Positions 44,359 through 55,878 are shown, numbered from the stretch's first letter. The stretch is DNA of 64,000 nucleotides from an uncultured Verrucomicrobiae bacterium (GCA_963788655.1 CAWBHS010000004.1:26349-90348), one strand, 5' to 3'. The notes: generated by a model from the letters alone, not told the origin. Program-made: numbers and translations.

Positions 44359-44768
44359 CGTGCTGCCGGCGTCTCGCCGGCAGATCGCACGGAAGAGGGC
44401 GCCTGAAATTGGCAAGAAAGGCCGAGCGCACCAAAGTCCTCGGGTGCCGGCGGCAGTTCGGATAATTCCGGTGCTTCCGTTTCTGCCGGCGGGACGCCGA
44501 CAGCACGTTGCCCCAGCGTGCTGCCGGCATCTTGCCGGCAGTATTGGAACGACGAGTGCGAATCAATGACCACCACCCAATGACCCAATGACCAGAGAAT
44601 GACCAAGGCCCAGGGTCCAGTCGCCGGTTGATCGCGACTGGGCTTGGGGTTTGGTCCTTGGGCATTCTTTGGGATTTGGGTCATTGAACATTGGTCATTG
44701 TGCTCAAGCCTTGTTCATTTGCGTGGCTTACCTGCATTCGTTTCTGCCCGTGGGACGCCGGCAGCACG
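44359..44768. repeat. Cluster of four GTGCTGCCGGC-type REP-like palindromes (two inverted pairs) around heptamer repeats
   Basis: Copies at 44359-44384, 44482-44507, 44517-44541 and 44743-44768; caatgac/ttggtca heptamers at 44564-44700. Confidence 0.75.
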
Positions 44769-44777
44769 CTGCGGAGG

Positions 44778-44954
44778 TTAGAAGTTGATCGTCAAAGAAG
44801 CGGTTACCGTGTGCGCCCGCAGCCCTTTCCAATCCAGCAGCACATCCGGAGCGTGCCAGGCCTCGTAACGGAAGCTTGAATCTTCGGTCTGGAGATATTT
44901 GTATTCCACCCCGAAGGAAAAGTTCTCGTTCAACTTGACCCTCAACCCCGCCAT
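44778..44954 (-). pseudogene. C-terminal fragment of an outer-membrane beta-barrel (opacity/porin-like) protein
   Basis: AGLRVKLNENFSFGVEYKY...HTVTASLTINF amphipathic strands ending in Phe; N-terminal part absent. Confidence 0.55.
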
Positions 44955-44961
44955 TCCTCCG

Positions 44962-46633
44962 TTACCATTTTTCCAGGATGGCCAAGGCCGTTTTGGCTGC
45001 GCGGAAGTCACCGGTCCATTTGCAGCAATTCGTGAAAGACTCGGCGGGCTTCGGTGACCTTGCCGGTCAAAGCCATTAGCAATCCGCCGGTGAACTTCAA
45101 TTGCACCGTTTGCCGGTAACTGGCCTGGCTGGCCAATTGCGAGGCCAATGCGAAATGCGTGGCCGCTTCCAGATAAGCCGCTTGATTGTCAGTCGCCCGA
45201 ATCAAGGCGGCAATCAGCGTGCTGTGGGCCAGGAACGATCGCGGATCACGCTGCGCTGCGAGGCGGGCTTGCTCGACTGCTTTGTCCCAGCGACCGCAGG
45301 CAGCCTGGGCTTTGGCCAGGAAGATCCGGTGCGTCGCGGAGTCGTCCTGCTTCACCAGCGCTTCACAGGCGCGCAGCAATTCTTGCGGACGTTGCTGACT
45401 GGCCAAAGCCGCGATCAGGCCGCGCCAGGAATGTTCCCGTTCGGGAGCCAGCGTGACGGCGCGCCGGAAGCTGGCCTCGGCTTGAGGGTAATCTTGCAGG
45501 AGGCTTAGTTGCAGCATTCCCAACCCCTCTGCCGCTTCGGCGGCTTGGGCCGATTTGGACTGGGCGATTGCGTTGAGCCGATCCAGTTTCTCGCGAATAG
45601 ATTTGACCGTCGCCGGGGGCAGCGTTTTCCAATTCGTGCGCAGGTTCGGGGTGGTTTCCAGTTGCCTGGTCTGCTGTGGCAGGAATCCACTGACCCCTTC
45701 AAACATCGCCACGGCGCCGATCAGGCGAGGATTGTCCGGTTCCAATTCGGCAGCCCGGCGTAAATCCGGGAGACAGTCCGGACTCATGGTTGCGGCCAGG
45801 AGTGCGGCAGCGTCTGGTTGGGCTGCTGCGGCACTTGTTTTGAGGGCCTGGATCAGGGCGCCGTTGATCCGGCACCGGGCGCGGGCTTCGAACAGTTGCG
45901 ATTTGCGGGGAGCCAATTGAATCGCCACGTTGAAGCATTGCAAGGCCTCAGCCCAACGCTGTTCCGCCGCTGTGAACCGCGCGGGAGCGGGGCGCAACCG
46001 GCCGAGCATACTCAGCAGTTGGGGAATGTCCGCCGGCAACGCCACGTGGGATTGATCCGGCAGCAACTTCTGCAGGCTACCCGCGCTGAGGAAGCGTCCG
46101 AGCAGCAGGTTTGCTTCGGGATTATCGGGCGCCATTCGCGCGGCATTCCGCAGTGCGACTTCGGCTTCCTCGTCCTGCCCCGCGCCCCACAATGCTTCGC
46201 CAAAGTGCGTTCGTAGCCGGGCGTCTTGCGGACGTTGCTCAATTTGCGGACGGAATAATGCCACCGCGTTCGAGTAGGTCATCGCTGCTTGCGCGTCGTT
46301 GCCGGCTTCGCGAAGCCAGCGGGCGACCTGAAGCAGCGATTCGGGATTCGTGGGATTTTCCTGGGCCTGTCGGCGCAACGCGGCGAGTTCCTGTAGGTCA
46401 GGCGTTTCGTGTTCCCAGCGCAACCGGTCCAGGGCGGAAAAACCAGCTTTGGCGGAAAAGCTCATTTGCGGCAGCGAGGCCAACCGGCGCAATTCCTCCC
46501 GGCCCGCCGGAGCTTTGGCGGCCTGGCAGGTCAGACTGAAATTGACCAACAGACAGGCCAGCATCAGCAGCAAGCCGCTGGCACCATCACTTCTCCTTCG
46601 CTGGGAGAGAGGGTAGAATTGGACATGGGTCAT
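44962..46633 (-). CDS. Tetratricopeptide-repeat protein, probably exported (start uncertain; apparent frameshift near the 3' end)
   Basis: Repeated A...F..A..L.P TPR patterns; hydrophobic N-terminal segment; the tail DFRAAKTALAILEKW lies in a shifted frame. Confidence 0.75.
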
Positions 46634-46714
46634 TGGGAAACTCGAACGTTGCATCGCCACAATTCGGGCAAACGTAAACTGAGGAAGCAGTGTCCAGCAA
46701 TGATTAAGACGCAA

Positions 46715-46827
46715 CGTGCTGCCGGCGTCTCGCCGGCAGAAACGGACGCGCGTGGTACGCTCGAACCTGTGTGGCCATTAGCAGCCTATATTCCCGTTCG
46801 AACTGCCGGCAGGATGCCTGCAGCACG
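46715..46827. repeat. Inverted REP-like pair (GTGCTGCCGGC family)
   Basis: cgtgctgccggcgtctcgccggcaga / ctgccggcaggatgcctgcagcacg. Confidence 0.7.
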
Positions 46828-47138
46828 CTACGGACTGCGACAAGGATATTCCGAAATCAAGTCCGCGCTCCAGTTCGTGCGCTGGAATCGATGTTGGGAG
46901 GCTTTGTTGCCGTCGTGTTGGGCGCTTTCAGTCAGGCGCCGCCACAATCACTCGAGCCCGGTGAGATGCCGATGGGCGGGGCATATCCGGAGCACTTGCT
47001 GGTGACGAAAATCCTTGCTGGAAAATCCCAATCGACTTTTCTTAAACGCATGGTAAAACATTCCTTTGGAAGATTCAGGCGGGTGAGCAAATCCGAAGGG
47101 CGTTTCGCCTTTTGAGATTGGCGTAAGCTATCAGTCCA

Positions 47139-47423
47139 ATGACCGCAAAGCTCCTCCACCCGATCAGTCTAGCCGCCCTCTGGGAGACACTTCTCGTCAC
47201 ACTGTTTTTTCTTTTTCCATTTGGTCCGGATGGAGGCTCGGCAGTCGGAGCGATTGTCTTCGGGTTGCACGGGCCGGCTATGAGCCTCGTTTCTCTGCTT
47301 GTAGGTTCCAAAAGCGGAATTGCAGGTCTGGTTGCTGTCTTTACCCTTATGTACGCCGCGTGTGTTGCTGTTTTTTACTTGATTCGTTCATTTTGGCGGT
47401 CCTTTAGGGACACCGGCTCATGA
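47139..47423 (+). CDS. Hypothetical small membrane protein
   Basis: 94 aa with about three hydrophobic segments. Confidence 0.5.
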   Translation: MTAKLLHPISLAALWETLLVTLFFLFPFGPDGGSAVGAIVFGLHGPAMSLVSLLVGSKSGIAGLVAVFTLMYAACVAVFYLIRSFWRSFRDTGS

Positions 47424-47491
47424 AAGGCTGAAAACCAGGACGATTCAGTAAACCGAAACCAACCGATTCGCCCAGAAACAAACAGTACGTC

Positions 47492-47997
47492 TTGCAGCGA
47501 ATGGGGCTCATCGCCGACTCATGCCTCCGCCTGATTGACATGGAAACGAAAGTCATTGCCTGGGGACGCCGGGGAAGATTCGAGATCACCCGGAGGAAGT
47601 TCTTTTGGCGCTGGACCTATTCCATAGAACCTTGGGCGGGTCTTTACTACTTTTTCCATGGTTGTTGCTTGCCGCTGCTGGTTGACAGAGTCGTTGGCGA
47701 ATACCGAAGCCATCGCGCCCGCGCCAAGTACGGGAACGAAACAAGGTGGAAAGCTTGTGGAACGAAACAGTTGATTTGTGGGCGCCCGTAATTGATTGGG
47801 TCAATGAGCAGGAATTCGCCGACTTCATTGGGTTTCAATTTCACCCTTTCCGGATCGAGTGGTATTGGACCATCCAAACCGGCGATTCCAAAGAACTCAA
47901 TCAGCTCAGGACGGAAGGGCTCCGGGATCGGTTCGAGGTGCTCGGCCATTCACTGCGCGAAAAACTGAAAGCAGAAACTGACCGAGTGACGGGATGA
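47492..47997 (+). CDS. Hypothetical protein, probably one frameshifted gene (start uncertain)
   Basis: ORFs 47492-47791 and 47746-47997 overlap and join plausibly near 47742. Confidence 0.4.
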
Positions 47998-48041
47998 ACC
48001 GGCAGCGCGTGGTTTGCGGTGAAACCATCGAAAGGCCCACC

Positions 48042-50431
48042 TCAACCCTGCATCGCGCGGGCGAGCGCGTTCCACCAGAGATCGTGCAACTCCGCGAGTG
48101 TCCAATTCCATTCGCCGGTCGCGGTCTTGACTGCCAACTTGTCGCCGCCGACGGTGCCAATCCGCAGGGCGGAAACGCCCAGAATCTTCGCCTGCGCCAG
48201 CACTTTGCCGGCATTCAGCGCCGAGGTCGTGATGACAATCCGGTTCTGAGCTTCGCCGAAGAGCAGTCCATCCAGTCGCGTTTCGCTAACGCTGGATAAA
48301 TCGAATTCAGCGCCGAGGAGCCGGGGCGTATCGCGCGCCACCACCTGGCTGATGCAGGCTTCGGCCAGGCACACCGCCAAGCCGCCTTCGCTGCAATCGT
48401 GCGCGCTCTTCACACTGCCGCCGTAGATCAGCGACCGAATCGCTTCGTGCAACGTCTTGCGCCGTTTCGAGATCGCAGCGCGGCGGGGTGCCGGTCTTTT
48501 GACCGTGAATGACCTGCAGATACGCGCTGCCACCCAAGCCCTGCAATGGATCTTTGGCATCGACCGGTTCCCCGAGCAGGATGATGGCGTCGCCTTCGTC
48601 CTTGAACCATTGCGTGGTGATGTGTTCGGGCTTCTCGATCAGGCCCACCATGGCCACCGTCGGCGTCGGATCAATCGGGCCGTTCGGGCTTTGGTTGTAA
48701 AGACTGAGCAATTGCCGCCGGTGACCGGGGCATTGAACGCGCGGCAGGCTTCGGCCAGACCGCGCACGCTTTCCTGGAGCTGCCAGAACAGTTCCGGATT
48801 GTGCGGGTTGCCAAAGTTGAGATTGTCCGTCACGCCCAGCGGCGTCGCGCCGGAGCAGGCGAGATTGCGCGCGGCTTCGGCGACGGCGATTTTGCCGCCT
48901 TCGTAGGGATCGAGATAAACATAAGCGCCGTTGCACTCGGAGGTCAGCGCCACATATTTTTCGAGGAAAGGGATGGGCGTTTCCGCAGATTGACGGCTGG
49001 GCAGTGGCGGTATTGAATCGGCCTTAATGCGAATGACGGCGGCGTCGCTCCCGGGCAAACGGTCGAGTTGTCGCGCACCATGTGATCGTATTGGCGGTAA
49101 ACCCAGTTCTTGGAGGCGATGGTCGGCCAGCCAGCAATGCCTTCAGGTCGGTCCACCGGATCAGTGATGTCCGGCAGGCCGTCCAGCGTGAAGGCGCGCA
49201 CGGCTTTCCAGATATTCCGGCTCCTTCGCCTCGCGCTGGTAAATCGGCGATTCGTCGGCAATCTTCCTGGCGGGAATATCGGCCACGACCTGGCCGTGGT
49301 GCTTGACCACCATGCGGCCGGTGTCGGTGACGCGGCCGATCTCGGACCAGGGCAAATCCCACTTGTCGAAGATGCGTTTCACTTCTTCCTCGCGGCCCTT
49401 GTGGACGATGATCAGCATGCGCTCCTGCGATTCGCTGAGCATGATTTCGTAGCTGCTCATGTTCGGCGCGCGTTGCGGGACTTTGTCGAGTTCGATCTCG
49501 ATGCCCGTGCCGGCGCGCGCGGCGGTTTCGCAGGTGGAACAGGTCAAGCCCGCCGCGCCCATGTCCTGAATGCCGGCGACCGCGCCGGTGGCGAGCAATT
49601 CCAGGCAGGCTTCGCACACCAGCTTTTCCATGAACGGATCGCCCACCTGCACCGCGCCGCGTTGTTGTTCGGCGGATTCCTCGGTCAAATCCTGCGAGGC
49701 AAACGCCGCGCCCGCCAGACCGTCGCGCCCGGTGGCCGGGCCGACGTAAAAGACCGGGTTGCCGATGCCCTTGGCCGCGCCGCGGGCGATTTGTTCGTGG
49801 CGCAGCACGCCCGAGGCAAAACGCGTTCACCAGCGGATTGCCTTCGTAGCATTTGTCGAAATACACCTCGCCCGCGACGGTCGGGATGCCGAAGCAATTG
49901 CCGTAATGCGCGATGCCCGCCACCACGCCGCCGAAGAGCCGGCGGTTGTTGGCGGTAGGCGATTGCTTGCTGGTGGAGGGCGAAGTCGGTTCCGAACTGC
50001 TGTCGGCTGCTCCTGCCTGCGTGATGGGCCCAAACCGCAGCGAGTTCACCGCGCAGACCGGCCGCGCGCCCATGGTGAAAATGTCGCGCACGATGCCGCC
50101 GACGCCGGTCGCCGCGCCCTGGAACGGTTCCACCGCGCTCGGGATGGTTGTGCGACTCGATCTTGAACGCGATGCGCCAAGCCGTCGCCGATGTCAATGA
50201 TGCCCGCGTTTTCCTCGCCCGCGCCGACGAGGATCTTCGGCGACTTGGTGGGGAAGGTCTTCAGCAGCGGCCGGGTGTTTTTGTAGGAGCAATGCTCGCT
50301 CCACATCACCGAGAAAATGCCCAGCTCGGTGTAGCTGGGCTCGCGGCCGAGGATCTTCAGGATGGCCGCATATTCGTCTCGGTGAGGTTGTGTTTCTGGA
50401 CCAGTTCGGGGGTGATGGCGGGTTCAGTCAT
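48042..50431 (-). CDS. purL: Phosphoribosylformylglycinamidine synthase subunit PurL (several frameshifts)
   Basis: [59 protein letters not shown]. Confidence 0.93.
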
Positions 50432-51177
50432 TGGTAATAGCGCGGTTTAGCAATCCATCTCGCAGTCAGGCCGCCGCGACAGCCGTTTGCTTTTGCCAGC
50501 GCGGCAATCATGCTCTCGAAAATCAATCGTCCGTCGGTGCTGCCGAGCACCGCTTCGCAGGCGCGCTCCGGATGCGGCATCAGGCCGGCCACGTTACGGC
50601 GTTCGTTGCAGATGCCGGCGATGTTCAGAACGGAGCCGTTGGGGCTGGCGCGGTCGGTGATCTCGCCGTGGGCGTCGCAGTATTGCCAAAGGATTTGGTG
50701 GTTGGCTTGCAGTTGAGTCAGCGTGGCTTCGTCGGCGAAGTAACAGCCCTCGCCGTGCGCGACTGGGATCCGCAATAATTTGTCCGACGGAATCTGGTTC
50801 GTAAACGGCGAGTCGTGCGTGGCGGTCTTTAGAAAGACGTGTTCGCAGCGGAATTGCAGCGAGCGATTGCGGATCAGCGCGCCGGGCAGCAAGCCGGCTT
50901 CGCACAGGATTTGGAAGCCATTGCAGATGCCGATCACCAGGCCGCCATCTGCCGCGAATTTCTGCAGGGCTTGCATCACCGGGCTGAAGCGTGCGATGGC
51001 GCCGGTGCGCAAGTAATCCCCGTAGCTGAAACCGCCGGGAACGATGACGGCGTCCGCGTTGCCCAGCGACGTTTCCTTGTGCCAAACATATTCGGCTTGG
51101 TGGCCCAGTACCCGGATGGCGTGGACGGCGTCCTGGTCACAATTCGACGCGGGGAATTGGAGGATGGCAAATTGCAT
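50428..51177 (-). CDS. purQ: Phosphoribosylformylglycinamidine synthase subunit PurQ (true 3' end may be slightly earlier)
   Basis: [37 protein letters not shown]. Confidence 0.93.
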   Translation of the reverse strand: MQFAILQFPASNCDQDAVHAIRVLGHQAEYVWHKETSLGNADAVIVPGGFSYGDYLRTGAIARFSPVMQALQKFAADGGLVIGICNGFQILCEAGLLPGALIRNRSLQFRCEHVFLKTATHDSPFTNQIPSDKLLRIPVAHGEGCYFADEATLTQLQANHQILWQYCDAHGEITDRASPNGSVLNIAGICNERRNVAGLMPHPERACEAVLGSTDGRLIFESMIAALAKANGCRGGLTARWIAKPRYYQ

Positions 51178-51185
51178 GAGCGGGA

Positions 51186-51241
51186 TCGGTTATCAGTGAT
51201 CAGTGATCAGTAATCAGTAAACAGTGATCGGAAGTCAGTGG
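51186..51241. repeat. Heptamer tandem repeat (TCAGT(G/A)A)n between purS and purQ
   Basis: tcggtta tcagtga tcagtga tcagtaa tcagtaa acagtga tcggaag tcagtgg. Confidence 0.85.
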
Positions 51242-51261
51242 TTGATGGCGTCGGATTGGGG

Positions 51262-51501
51262 TCATTCGATCACCAGTTGGTAATCCTCGATGACGGGATT
51301 GCTGAGGAACTTGTGGCTCGCTTCTTCAAGGGCCTTGCGGGCGGCTTCCTGGTCCGTACCGGCCAGGTCGATCTCGAGGTATTTGCCCACGTGTACCGCC
51401 TGGACGCCCTGGTAGCCCATATGTTCCAACGCGTTTTGCACCGTCTTGCCCTGGGGGTCCAACACGGCTTTCTTGGGGGTGATAATGATTTTTGCTTTCA
51501 T
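51262..51501 (-). CDS. purS: Phosphoribosylformylglycinamidine synthase subunit PurS
   Basis: VLDPQG, GKY.E, LSNPVIEDY. Confidence 0.93.
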   Translation of the reverse strand: MKAKIIITPKKAVLDPQGKTVQNALEHMGYQGVQAVHVGKYLEIDLAGTDQEAARKALEEASHKFLSNPVIEDYQLVIE

Positions 51502-51730
51502 GTCTCAGCGGGATTTCCCGCAACGGTGTCGGCGGGATTGTTGAACAAGCCAGGCTGGGACGCTAGTTCTTTTTTGAGCGCAATCGTGGTTGCGCCGAGC
51601 CAGTTTAAAACATGGCGGAAGAAGTGGGAAGGAACGGGGAGTGAGGTCCGAAATCCGAAATCCGCGGCCCGAAAGAAGTCCGAAGCTCGAAATCCGAAGA
51701 GCTCCGGCGTGAGAGCCTGTTTGAAAAATG

Positions 51731-51815
51731 GTAGCAGCCGACGTGAGAAGGCTCATTTTATTTCGAAAACCGTGCTGCGTTCGACAAGTATGAGCCTCCT
51801 TACGTCGGCTGCTAC
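51731..51815. repeat. Inverted GTAG-type REP pair
   Basis: gtagcagccgacgtgagaaggctc / gagcctccttacgtcggctgctac; related pair at 53576-53648. Confidence 0.7.
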
Positions 51816-51974
51816 AGATCGGATGGAGTTTTAAGTAACACCCTGCAACTCAATCGCCGCGTTCAGCCTGCCGATGTTTGTTGCGTCCCTCCCAGTGGAA
51901 GGACTGGTGGGTTTTGTTGGCGTTTTCTGTGTGTCGCCACAAAACCCGCCAAGGTCAAATTGCTCAACGACCGT

Positions 51975-52700
51975 TCAGAAACGTTTTAAGCCCCGGAACA
52001 GCATGTCCACCAAAATGCTTTGCGGTTTGGCCGGGTGCTTCAAATACTCCTGCAACGCGATGCGCACCACCAGATTGGCCAGCCAATGGTTGATATCCGC
52101 GGGTGTTTCCAGGCCGGTGACTTCTTCGCCCTGGATGTCAAAGTCGAGTTCACTGCTGTTTTCCGGATGCGCCAGGTCCGTGTAGGTCAACTTGCCCACC
52201 GTGAGCACCAGCTTGTCGATCCCGGCAAACTGGTAAGATCCCGGGGCTTTCGGTTTGGGCTGGGGAACGGACGGATCATTGCGGACCGGCACGTTAGTGG
52301 ACGGAGATTTCTTGACCGGCAATTGGACATTCAACTGGCCTTGCCGGTTTCGCACCAAATGGAGGGCGGCCACGTTCAAGCGGACCTCGTTGAAGTGTAA
52401 CTGACCTTCCTTGGCTTGGGCGGCATCAAGGGCCAGGTAAATTTCCGGCACATCCAACAGAGTTCCTCCACCAAAGACCGGGGGATTGGTCAGGCGGAGA
52501 TCTTTGATCGTCAATTGCGCGGCGCGCCAGTTGAAGTGCAATTGGCCGATGGCGGCTCCGAAACCGGTTTGTTGGCGGATAGTGCGTTCCGCCAGCCCAC
52601 GCAGGATGGAGTCTTTGAAAAACGCCAGCGCCAGGAGCAGCGTCAGCAGCACCAGCAACACCCCGATGGTCCAACGGAGGAATTTCTTCAAGCGACGCAT
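51975..52700 (-). CDS. AsmA-like family protein
   Basis: N-terminal TM, L.I.DLRLTNP..F, LNVAALHLVRN..GQLN. Confidence 0.65.
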   Translation of the reverse strand: MRRLKKFLRWTIGVLLVLLTLLLALAFFKDSILRGLAERTIRQQTGFGAAIGQLHFNWRAAQLTIKDLRLTNPPVFGGGTLLDVPEIYLALDAAQAKEGQLHFNEVRLNVAALHLVRNRQGQLNVQLPVKKSPSTNVPVRNDPSVPQPKPKAPGSYQFAGIDKLVLTVGKLTYTDLAHPENSSELDFDIQGEEVTGLETPADINHWLANLVVRIALQEYLKHPAKPQSILVDMLFRGLKRF

Positions 52701-52725
52701 CAAAACGGAACCGGCAGGTGAACCC

Positions 52726-53334
52726 TCAAAGCTTGATGTCCTCCGGGCGGACTTCCAGGCATTCGTCCTGGTCCTCCCAAATCAGGGTTGGGTAAGAATC
52801 CAGCAAACGGGGGACGATCTGTTGTCCGGCGTGGCTCAACAAGCGCTCGACTTCCGCGGCGGCATCGTCCAATTCCTGATCGTAATCCAGGCATCGCTTG
52901 CGCCGGTCGTCCTCCCAATGGGCCACCGCGTGAACCGGCGCGTATGTTTCAGCCCATTTGCGGATGTCCTCCTGTAGATCCTCGGGCATCTCCTCGAAGG
53001 GAACACACGTGTCGCCACAATGTTGGCAAATCAGGCCCGATTCGTGGACGTCGCGGGTGAACAACGTCAGCAGCGGCGCCCGGCAACAAGAGGCTTCCGG
53101 GTAGGCCCGCGGTGCGGTGACCAACCGCTTGTGCCAGATTTGCCGGTCGTGGGCAATATGGGCTGCCAACCGATAAGCACCCACCAGCGGATGGGACAAC
53201 CGCCAGGCACGCCCCTCCAACTGGCCGAGCGTCTGGGCCATCCATCGGGCCAGAGTCAGGTCGTCGAAGTCGCGAAATACGACTTCGTATTCCTGCCAGA
53301 GCCGGTCTAAAGGGGCATCCGAATAATTTGCCAT
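52726..53334 (-). CDS. Hypothetical protein with a possible Zn-binding CC...CxxC motif
   Basis: 202-aa ORF with host-like codons; SCCRAP...CQHC; overlaps the AsmA-like gene region in operon orientation. Confidence 0.7.
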   Translation of the reverse strand: MANYSDAPLDRLWQEYEVVFRDFDDLTLARWMAQTLGQLEGRAWRLSHPLVGAYRLAAHIAHDRQIWHKRLVTAPRAYPEASCCRAPLLTLFTRDVHESGLICQHCGDTCVPFEEMPEDLQEDIRKWAETYAPVHAVAHWEDDRRKRCLDYDQELDDAAAEVERLLSHAGQQIVPRLLDSYPTLIWEDQDECLEVRPEDIKL

Positions 53335-53575
53335 TGGCGGTGAACGTAGTTTTCAAAACCCAAAGTTCAAAGCCGAAAGTCGTGGGTGTCGTACGCGGGA
53401 CTGAATCCGTGCATCCACGAGTGGTCGCGGCCGAGGCCACTCCCTCACATTCGCAGCGCTGTTCCAGGGAAGCGACGCTGCTCCAAGCCGAGCCGCGACC
53501 GTGAGGGAGCGACTGAGCCGTTGTCGAGCAATTGAACGGACACACTATTCTCACAATAGCGACACTGCTTGGCGC

Positions 53576-53648
53576 GTGGCAGCGGACGTGAGTCCGCTCA
53601 CTTTTTCTGCCTCCGAGAAAGTTAGAGCAGACTCACGTCTGCTGCTAC
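53576..53648. repeat. Inverted GTAG-type REP pair
   Basis: gtggcagcggacgtgagtccgctc / gagcagactcacgtctgctgctac. Confidence 0.7.
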
Positions 53649-53871
53649 GTGATCCGATCCTTCAGTGACCGTTCGCGATGGTTATTTGAAAGGGTGGTTG
53701 CAGTGTTCTTCGCCCGTCCCATACCCAAGGAAAGCGAGCACAAGCTCCACGCACTCGAAACGCTTCGCAAAGTTCGCAGGCCACCGGCCACTGCTCCGGC
53801 ATCCAGTATTCAGCATCCGACTTCCATCAATTTGCCTTTCGCCTTTTCCCCCCGCCTTCTATAAACGCCGC

Positions 53872-55878
53872 ATGCCGACATCGTCCGCCCATTCGCTTGA
53901 CACGCCCATTACGGCGTTGGCCGGGGTGGGCCCGGAACGCGCCGCCCAATTGGCGCGGTTGAAAATTTTCACCGTCCAGGATTTGTTGTGGCACCGCCCC
54001 CGGCGCTACGAGGATCGCCGGCATTTATCAACCATCCACCAGCTCGCGCTCGGCAAGGCCGCCGCCACGCAGGGACGGATTGTAGCCTTGGGATTGAAAC
54101 GCTACCGCAAGGGCTCCCGCTCGGTGTTCGAAATCATTCTTGAAGACGGCACCGCCCGCTTGCACTGCCGGTGGTGGAACCAGCCGTTCATGGAGAAGTA
54201 TTTTAACGTCGGGGACACGGTGATGGTTTTTGGCAAGCTGGTTTCGCTGAAGCCACGAACGATTGACCATCCGGAAAGCGAAGTGTTCGAGGCCGGCGAA
54301 GAAGTGTCCATCCATCTGGACCGGTTGGTGCCCGTGTATCCGCTGACGGAGGGGTTGCCGCAACGATGGTTGCGCACGCTCTTATGGCGGGCCCTGGCGG
54401 TGTTCGAAAAGCAGGTGAAAGAGCCCTGGCCACAGTTGCCGTTGTCCGATCTGCCGCCCCGAGCGCAGGCCATTCGCGCGCTGCACTTTCCTGAAGAGTC
54501 CATCGACGCGGAACGCGCCCGGCAACGTCTGGCGCTCGACGAGTTCCTGGAACTGCAAATCCGCATCCAAACTCGCCGGCGGAATCTGCAACAAAATGCC
54601 CGCGCTTGGCCTTGTGCCGGCAACAATCGTTTGATCAAACCGTACCTCAAGAACCTGGGCTTCAATTTGACCAATGCGCAAACCAAAGTATTGCGTGAGA
54701 TTCGTCAGGATCTGGGTGGGGCGCAACCAATGCGCCGTTTACTCCAAGGCGACGTGGGCTCGGGCAAAACCGTGGTGGCGGCCTGCGCGGCGCTGATGGC
54801 TTTGGAAAGCGGGTTCAACGTCGTCCTGATGGCCCCCACCGAAATCCTCGCCGAACAACACTTCGAAAACTTTCGCCGGTGGTTTAATCCGTTGGACATT
54901 CCGGTCCACCTGCAGACCGGCAGCCGCAAGACCGTCGAAGCAGAGTCAACGAACCCGGCGCAACTCTCACCCCGCAACTCTCACCCCGCAACTCTCTTCC
55001 TCGGCACGCATGCATTGCTCGAGCGCGGTTTTTCCGTGGACAAGTTGGGATTGGTTATCATCGACGAGCAGCATAAGTTCGGCGTGACCCAGCGCGAGCA
55101 ACTGGTGCGCAAAGGTCAATACCCGCATCTGCTGGTGATGACGGCCACGCCGATCCCGCGTACCCTGGGGCTGACGCTTTACGGCGACCTCGACAGTTCG
55201 GTGATTGACGAACTGCCCGCGGGGCGGGGCCGCTTGCGCACGTTCGTACGAGGAGCGGCGCAAGTGGCCAAAGTCCACACCTTCATCCAACAGCAGATTG
55301 CCGCTGGGCGGCAGGCTTACGTGGTTTATCCCCGCGTCGAGGACGCCGACACAGTGGCCGGAATCAAAGCTGTCACCGAAGAATACGAACACTTGCAAGC
55401 AGTCTTCGCCCCGCATCAGGTTGGCCTGTTGCACGGCCGCCTTAAGGCCGAAGAAAAGGAGCGGGTGATGGCATCGTTCCGAGCCAACCGAACCAAAGTG
55501 CTGCTGGCCACTTCGATCATCGAAGTGGGGGTGGACGTGCCGAATGCCACGGTGATGTTGATCGAGAATGCGGAGCAGTTCGGCCTCGCCCAACTTCACC
55601 AATTGCGGGGCCGTATTGGCCGTGGCGCCCAGGAATCGTTTTGCATTCTCGTGGCGCAATTGAAGACGCCGGAAGCCCGCGAGCGCCTGCGGGTGATGGA
55701 ACAAACCAATGATGGTTTTCGCATTGCCGAAGCTGACCTCAAACTGCGCGGGCCCGGCGAACTGTTGGGCCAGGAACAAAGCGGCGTGCCGAATTTCCGC
55801 TTCGGCAACCTGGCGGATGACCTGGCCTTGGTCGAACGCGCGCGCCGCCTGGCTCCAAGCATGATTCCGGGCCGTTAG
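53872..55878 (+). CDS. recG: ATP-dependent DNA helicase RecG
   Basis: PRRYEDR, QGDVGSGKT, APTEILA.QH, DEQHKFGV, TATPIPRTL, QLHQLRGRIGRG, DL.LRGPGE. Confidence 0.95.
   Translation: MPTSSAHSLDTPITALAGVGPERAAQLARLKIFTVQDLLWHRPRRYEDRRHLSTIHQLALGKAAATQGRIVALGLKRYRKGSRSVFEIILEDGTARLHCRWWNQPFMEKYFNVGDTVMVFGKLVSLKPRTIDHPESEVFEAGEEVSIHLDRLVPVYPLTEGLPQRWLRTLLWRALAVFEKQVKEPWPQLPLSDLPPRAQAIRALHFPEESIDAERARQRLALDEFLELQIRIQTRRRNLQQNARAWPCAGNNRLIKPYLKNLGFNLTNAQTKVLREIRQDLGGAQPMRRLLQGDVGSGKTVVAACAALMALESGFNVVLMAPTEILAEQHFENFRRWFNPLDIPVHLQTGSRKTVEAESTNPAQLSPRNSHPATLFLGTHALLERGFSVDKLGLVIIDEQHKFGVTQREQLVRKGQYPHLLVMTATPIPRTLGLTLYGDLDSSVIDELPAGRGRLRTFVRGAAQVAKVHTFIQQQIAAGRQAYVVYPRVEDADTVAGIKAVTEEYEHLQAVFAPHQVGLLHGRLKAEEKERVMASFRANRTKVLLATSIIEVGVDVPNATVMLIENAEQFGLAQLHQLRGRIGRGAQESFCILVAQLKTPEARERLRVMEQTNDGFRIAEADLKLRGPGELLGQEQSGVPNFRFGNLADDLALVERARRLAPSMIPGR

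Noticed and set aside
44359..44768. REP cluster as a CRISPR array
   Set aside because: Repeats alternate in orientation, are degenerate and are irregularly spaced
42728..50431. purF and purL as pseudogenes or programmed frameshifts
   Set aside because: Indels occur throughout the window with motifs otherwise intact and no common slippery site; sequencing error is more likely
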